Assembly: GCA_965153455.1 (NCBI GenBank)
Contig: OZ234493.1
Location: 31,858,213-31,922,212, forward strand
Reading direction: 5' to 3'
Source of the DNA: Sphagnum compactum
Lineage: Eukaryota
Length of the DNA: 64,000 nucleotides
Shown here: in pieces, positions 1-12,981 of the stretch
Layout of the letters: each line of letters starts with the position of its first letter
Position numbering within the stretch: position 1 is the stretch's first letter
Notes under the pieces: model-generated
Told to the model about the DNA's origin: nothing
What the model saw: only the letters and a program-made list of their open reading frames with translations
Database searches by the model: none
Position numbers and translations under genes: made by a program

Positions 1-1164
1 TTAGAATTAATTCAAATAATTCATACAATTGCTTATGATTCTAATGAGATTTCACACATGCTATCAAGCAATTCCTTATTCTCTTGAAATCATTATTGAA
101 ATTATAGTGTTACAAAACTTTTGTCTATTTACCTGCAATTGAAGTTTGGAGCTAAGGTTTAAGTTTTATCAATTATTTGGAATCAACTAATTCTCATTTT
201 ACATTTATTAAACTCAGGCCTTGCGTTTCTACACACTATTAAGGACAATGAAATGATGAAAAAAATGAGTTGATTTTGTGGGATTAAGATCCATTTGAAT
301 TCAAATTTCATTTCCAAGTCCAATTCCATTAAAAGGAAATGAGATACAAATTTGTGCACAAGGCATTGAAAATATGCTCATCACTTCCATCATTTGTGAT
401 TATGATGTTGAAAAACAAAATTAACAAATTCCACATCAAAAGGATGGGACGAATTTTTCATTCCCCATTACAGGCATTAAACAATTTCCCTTGGGATAAT
501 TGGGTGTGTTTTGTTTTATTATATTTTTAGCATCAAATTTCTTTTGATAATGTTAGCATATTTTGGCATTTGCATATTATTTAATAGGCTTTGATTACAT
601 ATTTGCTCCACACACCTAAAGAATTAGGAAATTATATTTTACGTTTCAAATCTGCACCTTATATGATAATTATTGAGGAAATATGTCTATTAACTTAGGA
701 ATTAAAGTCATTATTCATGAGAAGTTTCTTAAAAGTTGGAAAATACATAATAAACACAAAGTTTTGTCTTTTGGTGCTCACAATGGTCTTGTTGCTCCAT
801 TCAATTAACTTTGTGAATCAAAAGGTATGAAACATGTTTTTCACTAATCAATCGTATATTTAAAAACATGATGGTCTATATTGTCAATAATCACCCTTAT
901 GGTGCAAACAACATACCATGTAGTAGTTGAAGCAAGAGAAATCAATTTTTATTAAAAGTTTCACAACTTTTGTAAAATTTGGACTTACTAGGCTCCATAT
1001 TCTTAAACATAGTGCAAAATAATTAAATCAATTATATTCTAACTTCCCCAACACTGTAATTTATGTGAAAATTAATCCACTAAAAGCCATTAGACAATTT
1101 TTTGTGAAATGTATACCTATATCAATTAAGCATAAATTGTAATTTATTTCAAATTCTTCATTTG

Positions 1165-1167
<3 letters not shown>

Positions 1168-1197
<30 letters not shown>
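1168..1197. repeat. (TA)n microsatellite
   Basis: Direct reading. Other microsatellites: (GATA)n(GA)n about 3249-3296, (CA)n about 11705-11728, (GT)n about 50722-50747, (TTA)n about 51581-51605, (CCA)n about 53986-54013, (GA)n about 54353-54379. Confidence 0.95.
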
Positions 1198-1199
<2 letters not shown>

Positions 1200-1744
1200 A
1201 TAATTCATAGATGTATTTCACATGTGATGTAAATAATTTGGTTTTTAAATTATATATTACCAGTGTAGTAATGCCCTTGAAGGGCAAGGTTCCAGATTGA
1301 GCAAAATCCTCCTCTTCTTTTTCTTTTTTTTTCCATGTTATGTGTCCATATGCTTCCCAATAGTTCATCATTATTATGCTTTTTTTCATGTCCATGTAGA
1401 TGCATAGGGGAAGTGGTTACGTAAAGAGGCTTGAAAGAGGTGAGTTTGAATGGGACAAAGAGACAAACATCATTTTAAAATTATATATTATTATTAACAT
1501 CATTACATGTTGACATCAAAGATGTGAAATGCATTTAGATCGTATTCTTGCATTCGACATCATATAAATCTACATTCATTTGTAAATTCACATTTGAATC
1601 TATTTATGCTATAAGTTTTTGAGCTTGGTTTAAAATTAACAATATTTTAAGCCTAACAAGTTGGTTACAATTGGCAAAAATTTGTAAAGATTTTACTAAA
1701 TACATGTTATTGGAAGATTTATTATGATTAATTTTTTCCCTTAA

Positions 1745-1965
1745 GAATGTTTTTATGTAGCCCAAGTGGTAATCATCCATAGGAAGATGTAGACAAAAAT
1801 GATCATCATCCCTAAGAAAAATTTGCCAAATCATGCTATAAACTAGATATGAAGTACATATCTTTTAATCAATCTTTGATATTTATGGCTACATGTTGAA
1901 TTATACATATGGAGAATTCCCCCCCCCTTTTTTTTTTCTACTTATAGTGATTGAAACCTTCCAAT
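1745..1965. repeat. Dispersed repeat family copy (related pieces at about 49560-49610, 50260-50420 and 54660-54880)
   Basis: Shared motifs TGTAGCC(C/A)AA(A)GTGG..ATCATCC...AAGATGTAGA...GCCAAAT, TTTAATCA....TGGCTACA and TGATTGAAA.CTT occur at these places in the window. Confidence 0.6.
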
Positions 1966-2589
1966 ATCAATCAATAAGTAAAATTCTTTTCATACTCCAC
2001 ACATGGAGGTAGTGATCTTAGGCATGATTCATTCTAAGCTTCAATACCTCGAGAAGAAATTAATTCTCAGCTTTGAGTTAGACCTAATTGGAAAAGGTTA
2101 TCTATGCATTTGAATTCGAAATGTGCCACAAAATTAACAAAAAAATTTAGTTCCTTTAGACCTCATGGGATCCTTTTTGTTTATTTTATTTTTAGACCTT
2201 TATTCCTTTAAAAGAAGAAATGGCTTTTTCTTTTCTAAAGTGGATATAGAAGTCCATGTTAAACTTTATTATTTCTCAAAGGAAGAAAGAAAAATAAAAA
2301 AAAGCATGAAAACAAGCCAAAAAAAAGTGAATGACTTTTGTGAATGCACTTCATATATGAGTTGTCAACAACCAACCGAATGGAATTTTCACAAATTCTA
2401 AAGGCTCCAAACTCTGCGCCTTTTTTGCTTTAAAAAAGGGCCCACACAACTGCACAATTAGGATTTGCATCACCATCCATTGCCGAGTACAACATCGATG
2501 AATTTGATCTACAAAATTTGACTACAAAAACCAAAACTTTCAACCTTCACACAACTGATACCCTTTTGAAAAGGTCTAAATGGAGAAAA

Positions 2590-2740
2590 TCTGTGACATA
2601 CACGAAATTGCATACCGAATGAAAAGGTCAAACTGACAAAATTTGTGACATGCATGAAATTAAGGTCAAATTGACCAAAGTTTGTGACATGCATGAAATT
2701 AAGGTCAAATTGACCAAAGTTTGTGACATGCATGAAATTA
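2590..2740. repeat. 39-bp tandem repeat, about 3-4 copies
   Basis: Unit TTTGTGACATGCATGAAATTAAGGTCAAATTGACCAAAG repeats. It also produces the MHVTNFGQFDLNF repeat in the spurious ORF 2509-2733. Confidence 0.85.
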
Positions 2741-3248
2741 TGATACCATATGAAAAGGTCAAATGGCTAAAGTTACGCATCTGTTCCAAGGACAAATGGC
2801 TAAATTTTTTGTAACATGCACAAAATTACCCATGCATTCGAATGTGGAAAACATCAAAAACATCATGGGCCCAAATGAATGAAATAAAAATTATGACTAC
2901 AGTCAACATGCAGGTGAAATTACAAAGCGGATGAAAATGAGATGAAAACAATGACCCGGAAATTTAAGACCAAACATTTGAAGGTAGTAGACATATATGA
3001 ATGCACAAAGATGAGTGGATGAAACTGTGACAATAGTGGTGAATTTCTTGTTGACACAGATGACATTCATACCATGTGGATGAAAATTGTAAGTGACTTC
3101 CAAAATTCCCACATGTAGTGAACAGTCAGTGTAACTGCAACAAGGACTTCAAACAGAGAAAAATGTGACAAAAATTAAGGACCGAATATTCAACTCAAAT
3201 CCTTGCTATGGAAAAGCAAGTTCCGACACAAGAGACACACATGGAGAA

Positions 3249-3299
<51 letters not shown>

Positions 3300-3523
3300 T
3301 GGGTTGTCCTATACTGCAAAAATGCAAACTCAGAAAACAAGAGTCATATAAATGCAAAGCCCCAACAGTGACATTGGTGTACTGATGAGAGTACAAGTAG
3401 TCACCCAGAGCAAAAGTAAAAGAAGGCTGAGCAAGCACCAACAATAATTCTCTTAACAAACCCCTATAGGAGAGAAAACCCTATGTATACCATGATGATC
3501 CTACAATTTTAATTCACTGCCGC

Positions 3524-6500
3524 CTACACGGTGATTGCTGAAACGCTAGTTGTTGCAGCATCTGCAATTCTCTCATGCTCCTTATTCAACATCTGCACCA
3601 ATAAAATTTCACAACAAGGTCCTTGAGCTTCATCACCTTATGAAATGGATTTAGATAATCCAGTGTCCCAATGTGGTTTTCAGTCAGTGATATATGAATG
3701 AATGCATATCTCAAGCTTACATGAAACACACTTGTCTGGATCTGAAACACAACTGAAGAGCTGGTTTTGGGCCTAGTCAGATTCCAGGGTAAAAGCTTAG
3801 AAAATGCTAATTATCTATCTGTATTTCATGTAATCAGTCAAGATTTAAGAGATTAAAACGATGGTATAGCCACTATATGGATGCATAAATGCTTACCTTG
3901 TTGTTGATGAGATTGTGTAGTGCAATGACACTCCGGATGAGTGAGGACAAGTAGATCACCAGCATCATGTCATTTGTTTTCACTGTTGGAAAAGAAACAA
4001 CAGGGTTCATTAATCCACACACAAAGTTTTAAACATAGTGGAAAGTGCTAAACCAGCAAACAACACCCTTCTAGTTGATCATACTTCCTCATCCTTCAGT
4101 ACTTTGATGACCAAAGCTTTGCACAAGAAGATCAATAAACTGTCTTTAACATTTAAGCTAGATGTGAAAAAATAGAGTATTGGAGTGCGAACTAAATTCA
4201 GAAACTTTCAAACACAAGCAGCAGCAGCAATCAGCAATAGAATACTCATCAAGGGCATTCTGCCACTGTACCAATAACCTATTTCAACTGTAAACCAAAG
4301 CTCCTAGAAGAAAGCAAGCAGTTCACAAAGAAGGCAATAATGTGTAATGCCAAGAAAAATGACATCTTCTAGTGATGCCGTGTATCAAGAATTCACCTGC
4401 AAAGGATTTGACAAGCTCATGTACATTGAGATTCGGTAGCAAATTGAACACATCCTGCACAAGACATAAGAAACCCCCTTAACCCCCCATAATGACACAA
4501 TATCTAGGCAGTCCAGTGTTTCACCTCAGTCACCAATTTCAAATATAAAGGATCGTGTATAACATGACTGAAACTAACCCTCAACTCTAGAAAGATGACA
4601 TTTAAAAAAATCTCTGGATGATATTGACTCTGGAAAAGAAAGCAATATCATCCAGAGATTTTTAAAAATGTCAACTTTCTGGCCTATATTCTCCACCAAA
4701 ACAGTTTGAGCACTGAAATTTGGGAAGCTGTTGTACACATGATACCTGCAGATGGTATAGAATCTCATGATTGAGAGGGAGACGTCCTTCTACTACAAGC
4801 TCTAGATAGGCATGAATCTCCTTCAGTCGTGCCTCCAGTCCCTTCAAGGCGACAAGCTTCCCACCAACCTGCCCAGAACTCACACAGAGATTTAGACCTC
4901 CGCTTGATCATCTCAATGCAATTTCAACTCAGGTGCCCACAACTGTGCACTTGTCACATCCTATTTCTCTGATGATTGGTCACACATGCTGCTCAGCCTG
5001 GAACAATATACGATTGAGTTCTAACTAGGGCATTTCTTTTGCTTTCTTGGTTTTCAACTCCAGTGCCAAGAATCTCTTTGAGATTTACACATTTCATAAA
5101 TTTGGCAATCTTATAAGTGAAGTATAGCAACAGAGCTCTTGATTTCAGCTGTAATTGGACCTCTATTGTGAGAAAGCTACTTCTAACACACCATTTTTTG
5201 TTTTTCTTTTGTAGCCAGCAGGTAAAAAAACACCTGAAAAACATAAAAGACTTCCTACAACTGACAAAGTGAAGTAACTTTGGCACATACTGGATACAAA
5301 GATCACTAGACTCTTGTACATCAAACTGCTGCATGCAACACATCATGTGATCACCACTGGTTACCTCGGTGGCAAGAGTGCTAATTGTTGCATCCTTCAC
5401 ATCCCTTAGTAAGTGTTCTACTCCTGCAGTGCCAAAGTCATGATGACCATGAGACCCATTCTCACATGCATACCAATGTCAACAAATCACATACATAGTA
5501 TCAGAAAGACACTAATGCCTAGGAATGAAAATACAACCTTCAATTTCCCATAAATGACACTGCTTGATTTGGACCTCAGTTCATTGTTCAGTAACAGAAT
5601 AAACAAAATGCAGAAGATCCAAACTCCCAGAGAACAATGAGGTTCTTAAGTTGGATTGCAAGGCAACTTTTCTATTCCCAGCTGAATAACTTCAAAGATG
5701 AATGCCTCAAAATTCCTTGCTCTCAGAAGTTTGAAAATGTAACACGATGGTACTGTTCCATATAAGTCCAAAAGAACCAGACTCCACCTTGATTAGTTAG
5801 AGAGTCTTGTTACAATACCATGCATTTCTGGCACACAATGGAGAAGAAAGAATCCAGATTGCTGAATGCACCTCCCTAAGATCCATGATCAACAAAAACT
5901 TACCAATTTCTTCAGCTTCATAAGCCCCGATTTCTGATGGTACATGCACAAACACCTTCTGGCTTTTCTGGGTTGCATCCTGCAATACATGCAACCAGAA
6001 AAGACTGAGTTTTAGGGTCGTGAAGTGAGTCATCTATGAAGCAGATGTGTCCTGTCCAGTCCAAGGTTTGAAGTAATGAACCTCTTTGACTTCCTCCACT
6101 GCATAGTATGCCTTCGTAGGAATGCCAAGCTCCTTTGGTTGTACATCAATTATCACCAGCACCGGATTTGATGCATAACTGCACACAATGTTTTTTTTGG
6201 CCTTGTTGTTAGTTTAGAGACAGACAGACAGAGTTCTCCACCAATTCAAATGGTGAGATGCTTGTTGCCAGATACAGCTTACAGCAACAAGAACATGAGA
6301 CAGAAGAAGAAGAAAAGATGGTATTACTCACTCGCGAAAAAGCTCATGTATGTCAAGGTCATTTGCTCGGAGCTTGGGCCCAGTGCTGTACCACCCTACC
6401 ACATGCTCCTTGGCTGTACACACAGAATCAACAACAGAGAACAAAAGTTGGAGAGAGAGATGGTACAAAAGGGCAGTGTCCAGAACTGCTTCACATCTAA

Positions 6501-7130
6501 TACTACTACTACAACCATCACAGTCAGTCAGTCATTCAGTCAGTCATCTGCTACACAAAACAAAATCTGCAGAATTGGAAAAAAAATGCACATGAAGGTC
6601 GGGGGTTGTTGGTGAAGAAAGATTACATACCGTTGATCCTCTTGAACATGTCAAACATGACTTCGTGATAGTTGTGGTCCAGAAACCAAATGCTTGCATC
6701 CTTGTCCTCTTCCTCGAATGGTACTGTAATCACCAAACACACACCAGTCAGTAGAAAGACAAAGGAAAAAAAAGCTTCTCAAAATGCTTGAAAATCACTC
6801 CCTCCACCAGTAAACAAACCCTAAACACAAAAACCTCCAAGTACTCCACGAAGCGAGCCTGACTCAAGACGAAGAAGTGGTGGAAAACAACAAGCAAAAG
6901 AAAACACACACACACACAGAGCAGTGGAGACTTCTCTTGCCTGCATAGCTGTTGGTGATGTCCACACGACCCCGGAAAGTGGAGCCTAGAAGAACCCCCA
7001 ACACGCGCTTCTGTGTATCTTTGGCAACTCGGTTGTAATTGTCCACAATACTCAACAACACTAACGGATGCACGACCACTTTCTCTATTCCCTGAACTCC
7101 TGCTGCTCCGACACTCGTTATCACATCCAT
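3524..7130 (-). CDS. RPN8: 26S proteasome non-ATPase regulatory subunit 7 / RPN8 (MPN domain), 10 coding exons
   Basis: Exons (minus): 7130-6941, 6723-6631, 6413-6332, 6178-6082, 5979-5904, 5423-5365, 4868-4746, 4454-4397, 3982-3897, 3592-3524. They join in frame to give [22 protein letters not shown]...[24 protein letters not shown]...[12 protein letters not shown]...[28 protein letters not shown]...[27 protein letters not shown], the recognisable RPN8/PSMD7 sequence. Intron 1 is GC-AG and the others are GT-AG. Confidence 0.97.
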
Positions 7131-7822
7131 CTCGTGATATACAAGCCTTCCTCTTCTTAGGTAGCTCTTTTTTTTTCTGTCCACCCGCCGTCCTCCTCCT
7201 TCCTTCCTCTGCTTCCTGAGGCTTGCACTTCTTCTCAACACTGCTACTCTCTCTCTTCTCTCTGTTTCTCGATTGTCTTTCTCCCTCTTCTGTCTAACAC
7301 TCTCCTCTCTGGTATCCTTTCTCTGTCTCTTCTGTCTCGTTCTCGCTGTATGTCGACCTGTGAGATCCGTGCAAACCCGAAACCCTAATCAGGGAAGCGT
7401 GAAAGCGAACGACGAAAGCGACAAACACGGACACCAAACCCTAATTATTATTGTTGTCTTCCCCACGTCCCTCCTCTGGCCTCCCGTCAAAGAACGTCGG
7501 GAACGTCGATGGGAGCTTCGTCGGGAATCGGGAAGAAGACGAAGCGCAGGCACGCGGTATCCGCCTTGAACGAAGAAGCGCGCGCCCGCGAAATTTGCTT
7601 GCGCTGAATAATATAACAAAATTTCGAAGTGCGTTTTGGTGCGTGTGTGTGTTTTGTTCTTGTTGCGAAAGATGCCGAAGAATTGAGTGAAGATGCGTTG
7701 AAGTTATTGTCAAGAGGGAAGGAAATGTGAGGAGGTTTCAAACTCTTTTGTTTTGGTCTCAGTTGGAGTTCAAGATAGGAAGAGATCGAGGTTTGAAGGA
7801 GGAGAAGGAGGAGGAGGTTGCC
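7131..7822. promoter_or_regulatory. Short divergent intergenic region (candidate bidirectional promoter plus 5' UTRs) with two telo-boxes
   Basis: 692 bp between the RPN8 ATG (7130, -) and the capping protein ATG (7823, +). CpG-rich core, AAACCCTAA at 7380-7388 and 7436-7444, and a CT-rich tract at about 7245-7345. Confidence 0.65.
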
Positions 7823-10052
7823 ATGGAGGCAGCCATGGATTTGATGCGTAGAATGCCGCCGGCGGAGTGTCAGCAGGCCTTGGCTTCCTTGCTGGCTTTG
7901 TTGCCTTCTCAGTCACCGGAGCTTCTCTCCCGTGTTGATCAACCTCTTCAGGTTTTGTTTTGGTTTGGCGTTTTGTCTTCTCTCTTGGCTTTTTTGTGGA
8001 TCTTCTTTGCCTTCGTTAGTGACTCGCTATGATCGGCAAAAAATCATGTTCATGCGTTTGAACATTTGTGGTTTGAGAATTGATGGGAGAAATTGCTTCT
8101 TGGGAAGAAGTGCAGGTTGCTTGCGATGAAGAACATGCTAAGCAATATCTTCTGTGCGACTACAATCGAGATGGCGATTCTTACAGGTAAATTAATGCCA
8201 ATCTGGGCCTGCTGCTTCTGGTGGAAAACCTTTAATTATATCACAACCATGTTCCAGCATCACTCACTCGTTGCCTCAGAGCTTGTCTTCATAGAAGGGA
8301 AATCGACTGAGCATTCATTGTTCAAGTGTTGGAAAGCCTCTCTCTTCCTTCTTTGGTCAGACCATGCTGTCAACAACAATGAGTAAACAGATGATGATGA
8401 TTGATGTGGGGGCATGGTCTCTTGAGCAGATCGCCATGGTCCAGCAAGTACAGTCCCCCATTGGAGGATGGGGTACAGCCATCAGCAGAGTTGCGCAAGC
8501 TGGAACAGGAGGCCAATGAGGTCTTCTCTATTTACCGTGACCAGTGAGGTCCTTGACGACCTTTTTCTCTTTTTCCTTTCCATTGTTCATTATCATGTTC
8601 CTCTGCTTTTTTTCTTTCAAGTTTTTTGAGAACTGCAATGTTTTCTTCAATTTCTCCTCCGTAAGTAATTGGAGTTTTGCAAGTTTGGTGATTTACTATC
8701 AATTTCCAACAACTGAAATATGCAAGGCACACACCATGATAGGTACTATGAGGGTGGTATCTCATCTGTGTACCTGTGGGAGCCAGAACACGGGAAGGGC
8801 TTTGTAGCTTGTTTCCTAGTAACAAAAGGTATGTCTTCCTCATGAAGTTTACTAACATTTGCAGTAGTAGAGAAACATTCATAACTGACTGGCTGCACTG
8901 GGCAGTTTGTGAATTCTTTGTTTTTCCTCAGGAGTTACCAAATATGGAATTTCCATTGCAGCATTTGATGGTAGCATTTGTACTTCTGATTGTAATGTTT
9001 GCTTTGGAGGATTGTGTATGCAGATAGATTCTGACAAACATCAGTTATGTTGGATGCTTCAGATGGCTCAGAATCTGCAGATGGCCGACGTGGCCTTCTG
9101 CAGCAGGGACTATGGGATGCTATCCATGTCATTGAGGTCATATCATTGCCATGAATTTCAGATACCAATGAGAGGATTTTAAAGTCAAATTATCAAGTGA
9201 CTGACCCATTGAAGCTGGTTGCTTCAAGGCATTCACAAATGCTCAGTTATGACTTGACATTTGAAACATTGTGGGTTCAACAGGTTGGAGAGGAAGATGA
9301 AGGGTCAGTGCACTACTGTCTGACGAGCACAGTCATGCTTGCCCTTACTACAGCTGACCAGTCTTCTGGTTCCTTCAGTTTGTCTGGCTCAATTACCCGC
9401 CAGGTTCTGTTTGATACCATAGAACCTTTGGATTAAGAGCCTTTCATGACCTGTACATTGTAAAACATGCTAGTGATGTTGCTTGCTATAATTTCATGCA
9501 ATTGACTGGCTAATTTCTTAAGTTAGCTTAGTACAGGTTATTATGGATTTATGACATTGAGTGTAAGTTGCAGATGGAGGCAGATGCATCTATGGCAGAT
9601 GGCCACTTATGCAACATGGGGCGTATGATTGAGGAGATGGAAAGTAAGATGCGAAATGGGCTTGATCAGGTTAACTTCTGCATCTTGAGGATGGATTTGG
9701 AAGGAGCAGCTTTATTCAGGGCTGTCAGCTTTATTTAATTAGATAGAAAACTGTGAGAAGTCTGGAATAGCATCATTTCATTCTCAACTTTTTACTGACT
9801 GTCCTAGATGTAGTGCATTTCAAATCAGGTGCTGTCTTGATAGTATGGAGGCTGGCAGCCCTTGACTCTCAAAATCCCGTGTCCTCTCAGAAGGTTAAAC
9901 ATTAAGAAGTATTGTTTGTGGTGCAGGTGTATTTTGGCAAGACCAAAGAAGTGGTGTTCACCCTGCGTGAACCATTGGGAGTGCTGAATGCCAGTTCCCG
10001 CTCAGGGCAGAGCCTACAGCAATGCATAATCAATGAAATCGGGCGCTTTTGA
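7823..10052 (+). CDS. CPB: F-actin capping protein subunit beta, 8 coding exons
   Basis: Exons: 7823-7951, 8116-8186, 8430-8543, 8743-8828, 9063-9136, 9284-9403, 9574-9669, 9927-10052, all GT-AG. Translation [13 protein letters not shown]...[19 protein letters not shown]...[17 protein letters not shown]...WDAIHVIE...[13 protein letters not shown]...[10 protein letters not shown] matches CapZ-beta motifs. Confidence 0.96.
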
Positions 10053-10600
10053 TAACACCTATTGGTGTGCAAACATGTCCATAATTTTTGAATAATTTAT
10101 TGCATATGCATAATTGTCAATCTGGGGAGCTCAATAGTATAACTTGCCTTTTTATTATTAATTTTTTTGGGCCAGGAACTGGTATTCTGTCTAAGCTTAG
10201 CTCTTCTAAAATATATGCCTTTATGAATAGAGATTAGGCAATGTGGTTTTGATTTGGTTCTTTCTCTTGAGTGCTCTGAGAGAGCAGGAGTGTGTTTTAG
10301 AAATCTGGTCAAAGGATGCAGTATTCTGCGTTTGCCCTAAGTTTGGAGCAGCTTATTCACACCCATGGTTGGGAGATTGTTAGCTCAGTTGAGCACATAT
10401 GAACTTGTGTGGGTACTGATGAGGTTGGTGAGGAATAATGGAAGCTAGTCATTGCCAGTCATGATGATGGGTTGTTGATAGTCTGAGCATATCCTTAGCA
10501 GCATGCCAATGTTGGCAACTTTCGAAAGCATAAATGTTTAATTTGCACACCAACTTATTTTGTTGTTCCTTGTTTGCATGGGGAAACTGGTTGTGTGAAT

Positions 10601-10702
10601 CCTATCTTTTGGATAACTTCTTGTGTGCTTTAATTATGCTAACAAACTACACCTATCTTTTGGATAACTTCTTGTGTGCTTTGATTATGCTAACAAACTA
10701 CA
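10601..10702. repeat. 51-bp direct tandem duplication
   Basis: CCTATCTTTTGGATAACTTCTTGTGTGCTTT(A/G)ATTATGCTAACAAACTACA occurs twice, starting at 10601 and 10652. Confidence 0.92.
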
Positions 10703-10809
10703 GGGGGTTCTTACCTGCCAAACATGGTTGATCTGAAAATAAGAGTATTTGGCATGGACTCTTTAAAATTAATTAATTATTTGACAGATGCCTTGAAGCT
10801 GCCCTGTAC

Positions 10810-11372
10810 TATGTATAAGGGGAGGTTCTTTACAGGAGGTGAGAGAGATGAGGGTGGAGCCCAAGTAGTGTGGAGCCCAAATCTGAGTCATCAGGGGGTG
10901 AGTGAGATGAAGGTGGAGCCCAAGTCTAGAGCCATCACATGCAGGTAACTCCTGCAGGGAAGGGTCTATCCCTAACATTACATGTGCCTGTAGTTGTTAA
11001 TGGAGTACTCTGCTGCAATTCTTTTTCTCCCAGTCTGTCCTTTACCCCATTTTTTTTCACCTTGGCATTTTTAGACATGTTTTGGGCATGTTGCGGGTAC
11101 TAGGCATATGTAACATGCAACAAGACCCTTGGCACATTCTACCTGAAATTTTCTGTGCCCCTTGGTACTTGTAACATGGGAGGTCATTGGGGGTGAAAAT
11201 TTTTAACAAGGTGAAATAAAACAAGGCAAAGGGCAGACTGAGTGGAAGATATTACTGCATTAGTCTTGTACTGACTGCATTAACAACTATGGGCATATGT
11301 AATGTTAGGGTGGAGGCTGAGCCATCATCACAAGGGAAGTAACTCCCGCAGGAAAGTACCTCCTCTTGCATA
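10810..11372 (+). repeat. Long imperfect inverted repeat / fold-back (candidate hairpin-RNA precursor or MITE)
   Basis: 10970 CCCTAACATTACATGTGCCTGTAGTTGTTAATG pairs with CATTAACAACTATGGGCATATGTAATGTTAGGG ending at 11310. Inner stems CAGTCTGTCCTTTACC/GGCAAAGGGCAGACTG, TTTCACCTTG/CAAGGTGAAA and CATGTTGCGGGTACTAGG/CCTTGGTACTTGTAACATG. Outer arms AAGGGGAGGTTCTTT/AAAGTACCTCCTCTT. Confidence 0.85.
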
Positions 11373-12304
11373 AAAGATTTTTGATCAGTAGCATAATTTT
11401 CATTTTTTAGTTACGTGTACATATCACCTTACAAGAAAAAGTCCGTTGTCTTGAGATCTTATGGGTTCTTACATGAACTTCCTTCATAGCTTGAATTATG
11501 TCACATAACCCTCAAGGAAAATAATGAAGCCTTTCAACTTAAAAATCTATATGGTATCAAAATAATTGTAGGTGTTTGAGTTTGTGCTTTCCATATAGTC
11601 TACCCATCTATCAATCCCAAAGGTTCCCATTGCTCATGACAAATAGTATGGTCTAAATGATGGTGCCATTGGGAACATCAATGCAAATGTAAAGATCACA
11701 CGCGCACACACACACACACACACACACAAGCGTGTGCGCCCACGCGCGCACGCGCACATTGATACTTTTGCACATGAGATAACATATGCAGAGTTTTTTC
11801 AAAACAGAAGTTGATTGATGATATGCACTTTTAAAAAAATGTCATTGACTTTTTTGGCTGGCCAATAATGCTAAATATGAAGGTATGTATCGCTCTTCAT
11901 CGAGTGTAAAAGATGACCTTCCTATTCAATTGTGACAAGTTGATGCTTGTGGCCAGATAAGGTTTACGCTTTACAACCACTAATTTTCAGTGGAATTCTA
12001 AGAGATGACCCTCCTATGTAATGGCGAAGAATTGTTGTTTACCTCGAGCCCAAGATATCTAAGAGTTAATGAGACGAGTTCATTTTTTGCCCCTATTTTG
12101 GGGAATGGTGATGTAAATGCAAATGAGAAAGAAAAATACATAAATACTGACATCTTATAGATGTGTTAAATTTTGGAAGCATGGAAACCTGACCTAAAGT
12201 CATGGACAAACTATTGGGTAAGCATTCTACTCCAATTGACAAAATCATTTTGTCACAAAAAATGAGTGACACACTCCTCTAGGCTTACCAACTATCAAAT
12301 GGTA

Positions 12305-12981
12305 TCAATAATAAATATATAAAAGCAAACGTGGTGTCTGTGTGTCCGTCTGTGTGTCACAAGACGTTCTACGTTCTAACATTACGCCGAAACCGGTCCA
12401 TCTTGGGCAGTTGGGAAACATATTTGAAAAGCAAATTCTTAGAAACTGTTTGTCTGTCTGTCGAGGTCTTGAAACCCAGATCCCGTCTGTTCGTCTGTCT
12501 GTCTTCAACCCCTAAACCACATCCCCAAGAAGAAGAAGAAAAACAAGACGAGGTCTTGAAACGAGCGAGGTCCTCAAAACTTTCGAGGTCTTGAAACGAG
12601 CGAGGTCTTCAAAACTTTCGAGGACCTGAACCGAGGTGACCAGAATCCTCGGTAAAGGACCTAAATCGAGATTCTCAGTACTCGGTCCAGACCTCGAGAC
12701 GGACCTGAAACGAGGTTCCCAGAATCCTCGGTAAAGGACCTGAATCGAGATTCTCAGTACCCGGTCCAGACCTCGAGACGGACCTGAAACGAGGTTCCCA
12801 GAAAAAAAACCCGTCGTTGGGGACTTGAAATGAGGTCCTCAGAGAGAAAACCCGTCGTTAGGGTCCTGAAACAAGGTCCTCAAAGAGGCCAAAAAAAACA
12901 ACGACCAGGGTAGCCGCTGCGAGGGGCCGGGCGAGGTGCCACGGGTGGCTGGAGTGACGTAGCCACGGGTCACAACACTCG
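12305..12981 (+). mobile_element. Non-autonomous Helitron-like element (about 680 bp)
   Basis: Starts A|TCAATAATAAATATATAAAAG. Ends with hairpin GTGGCT-N10-AGCCAC (12945-12966) followed by CTCG|T, a variant of CTAG. GC-rich compared with its flanks, with internal tandem repeats including a 79-bp unit at about 12621-12800. Confidence 0.7.

Noticed and set aside
12545-12870. CRISPR-like appearance of regularly recurring repeats (also 16200-17155 and 33535-33925)
   Set aside because: Eukaryotic context, the intervening sequences are themselves repeated or degenerate rather than unique spacers, and there are no cas genes.
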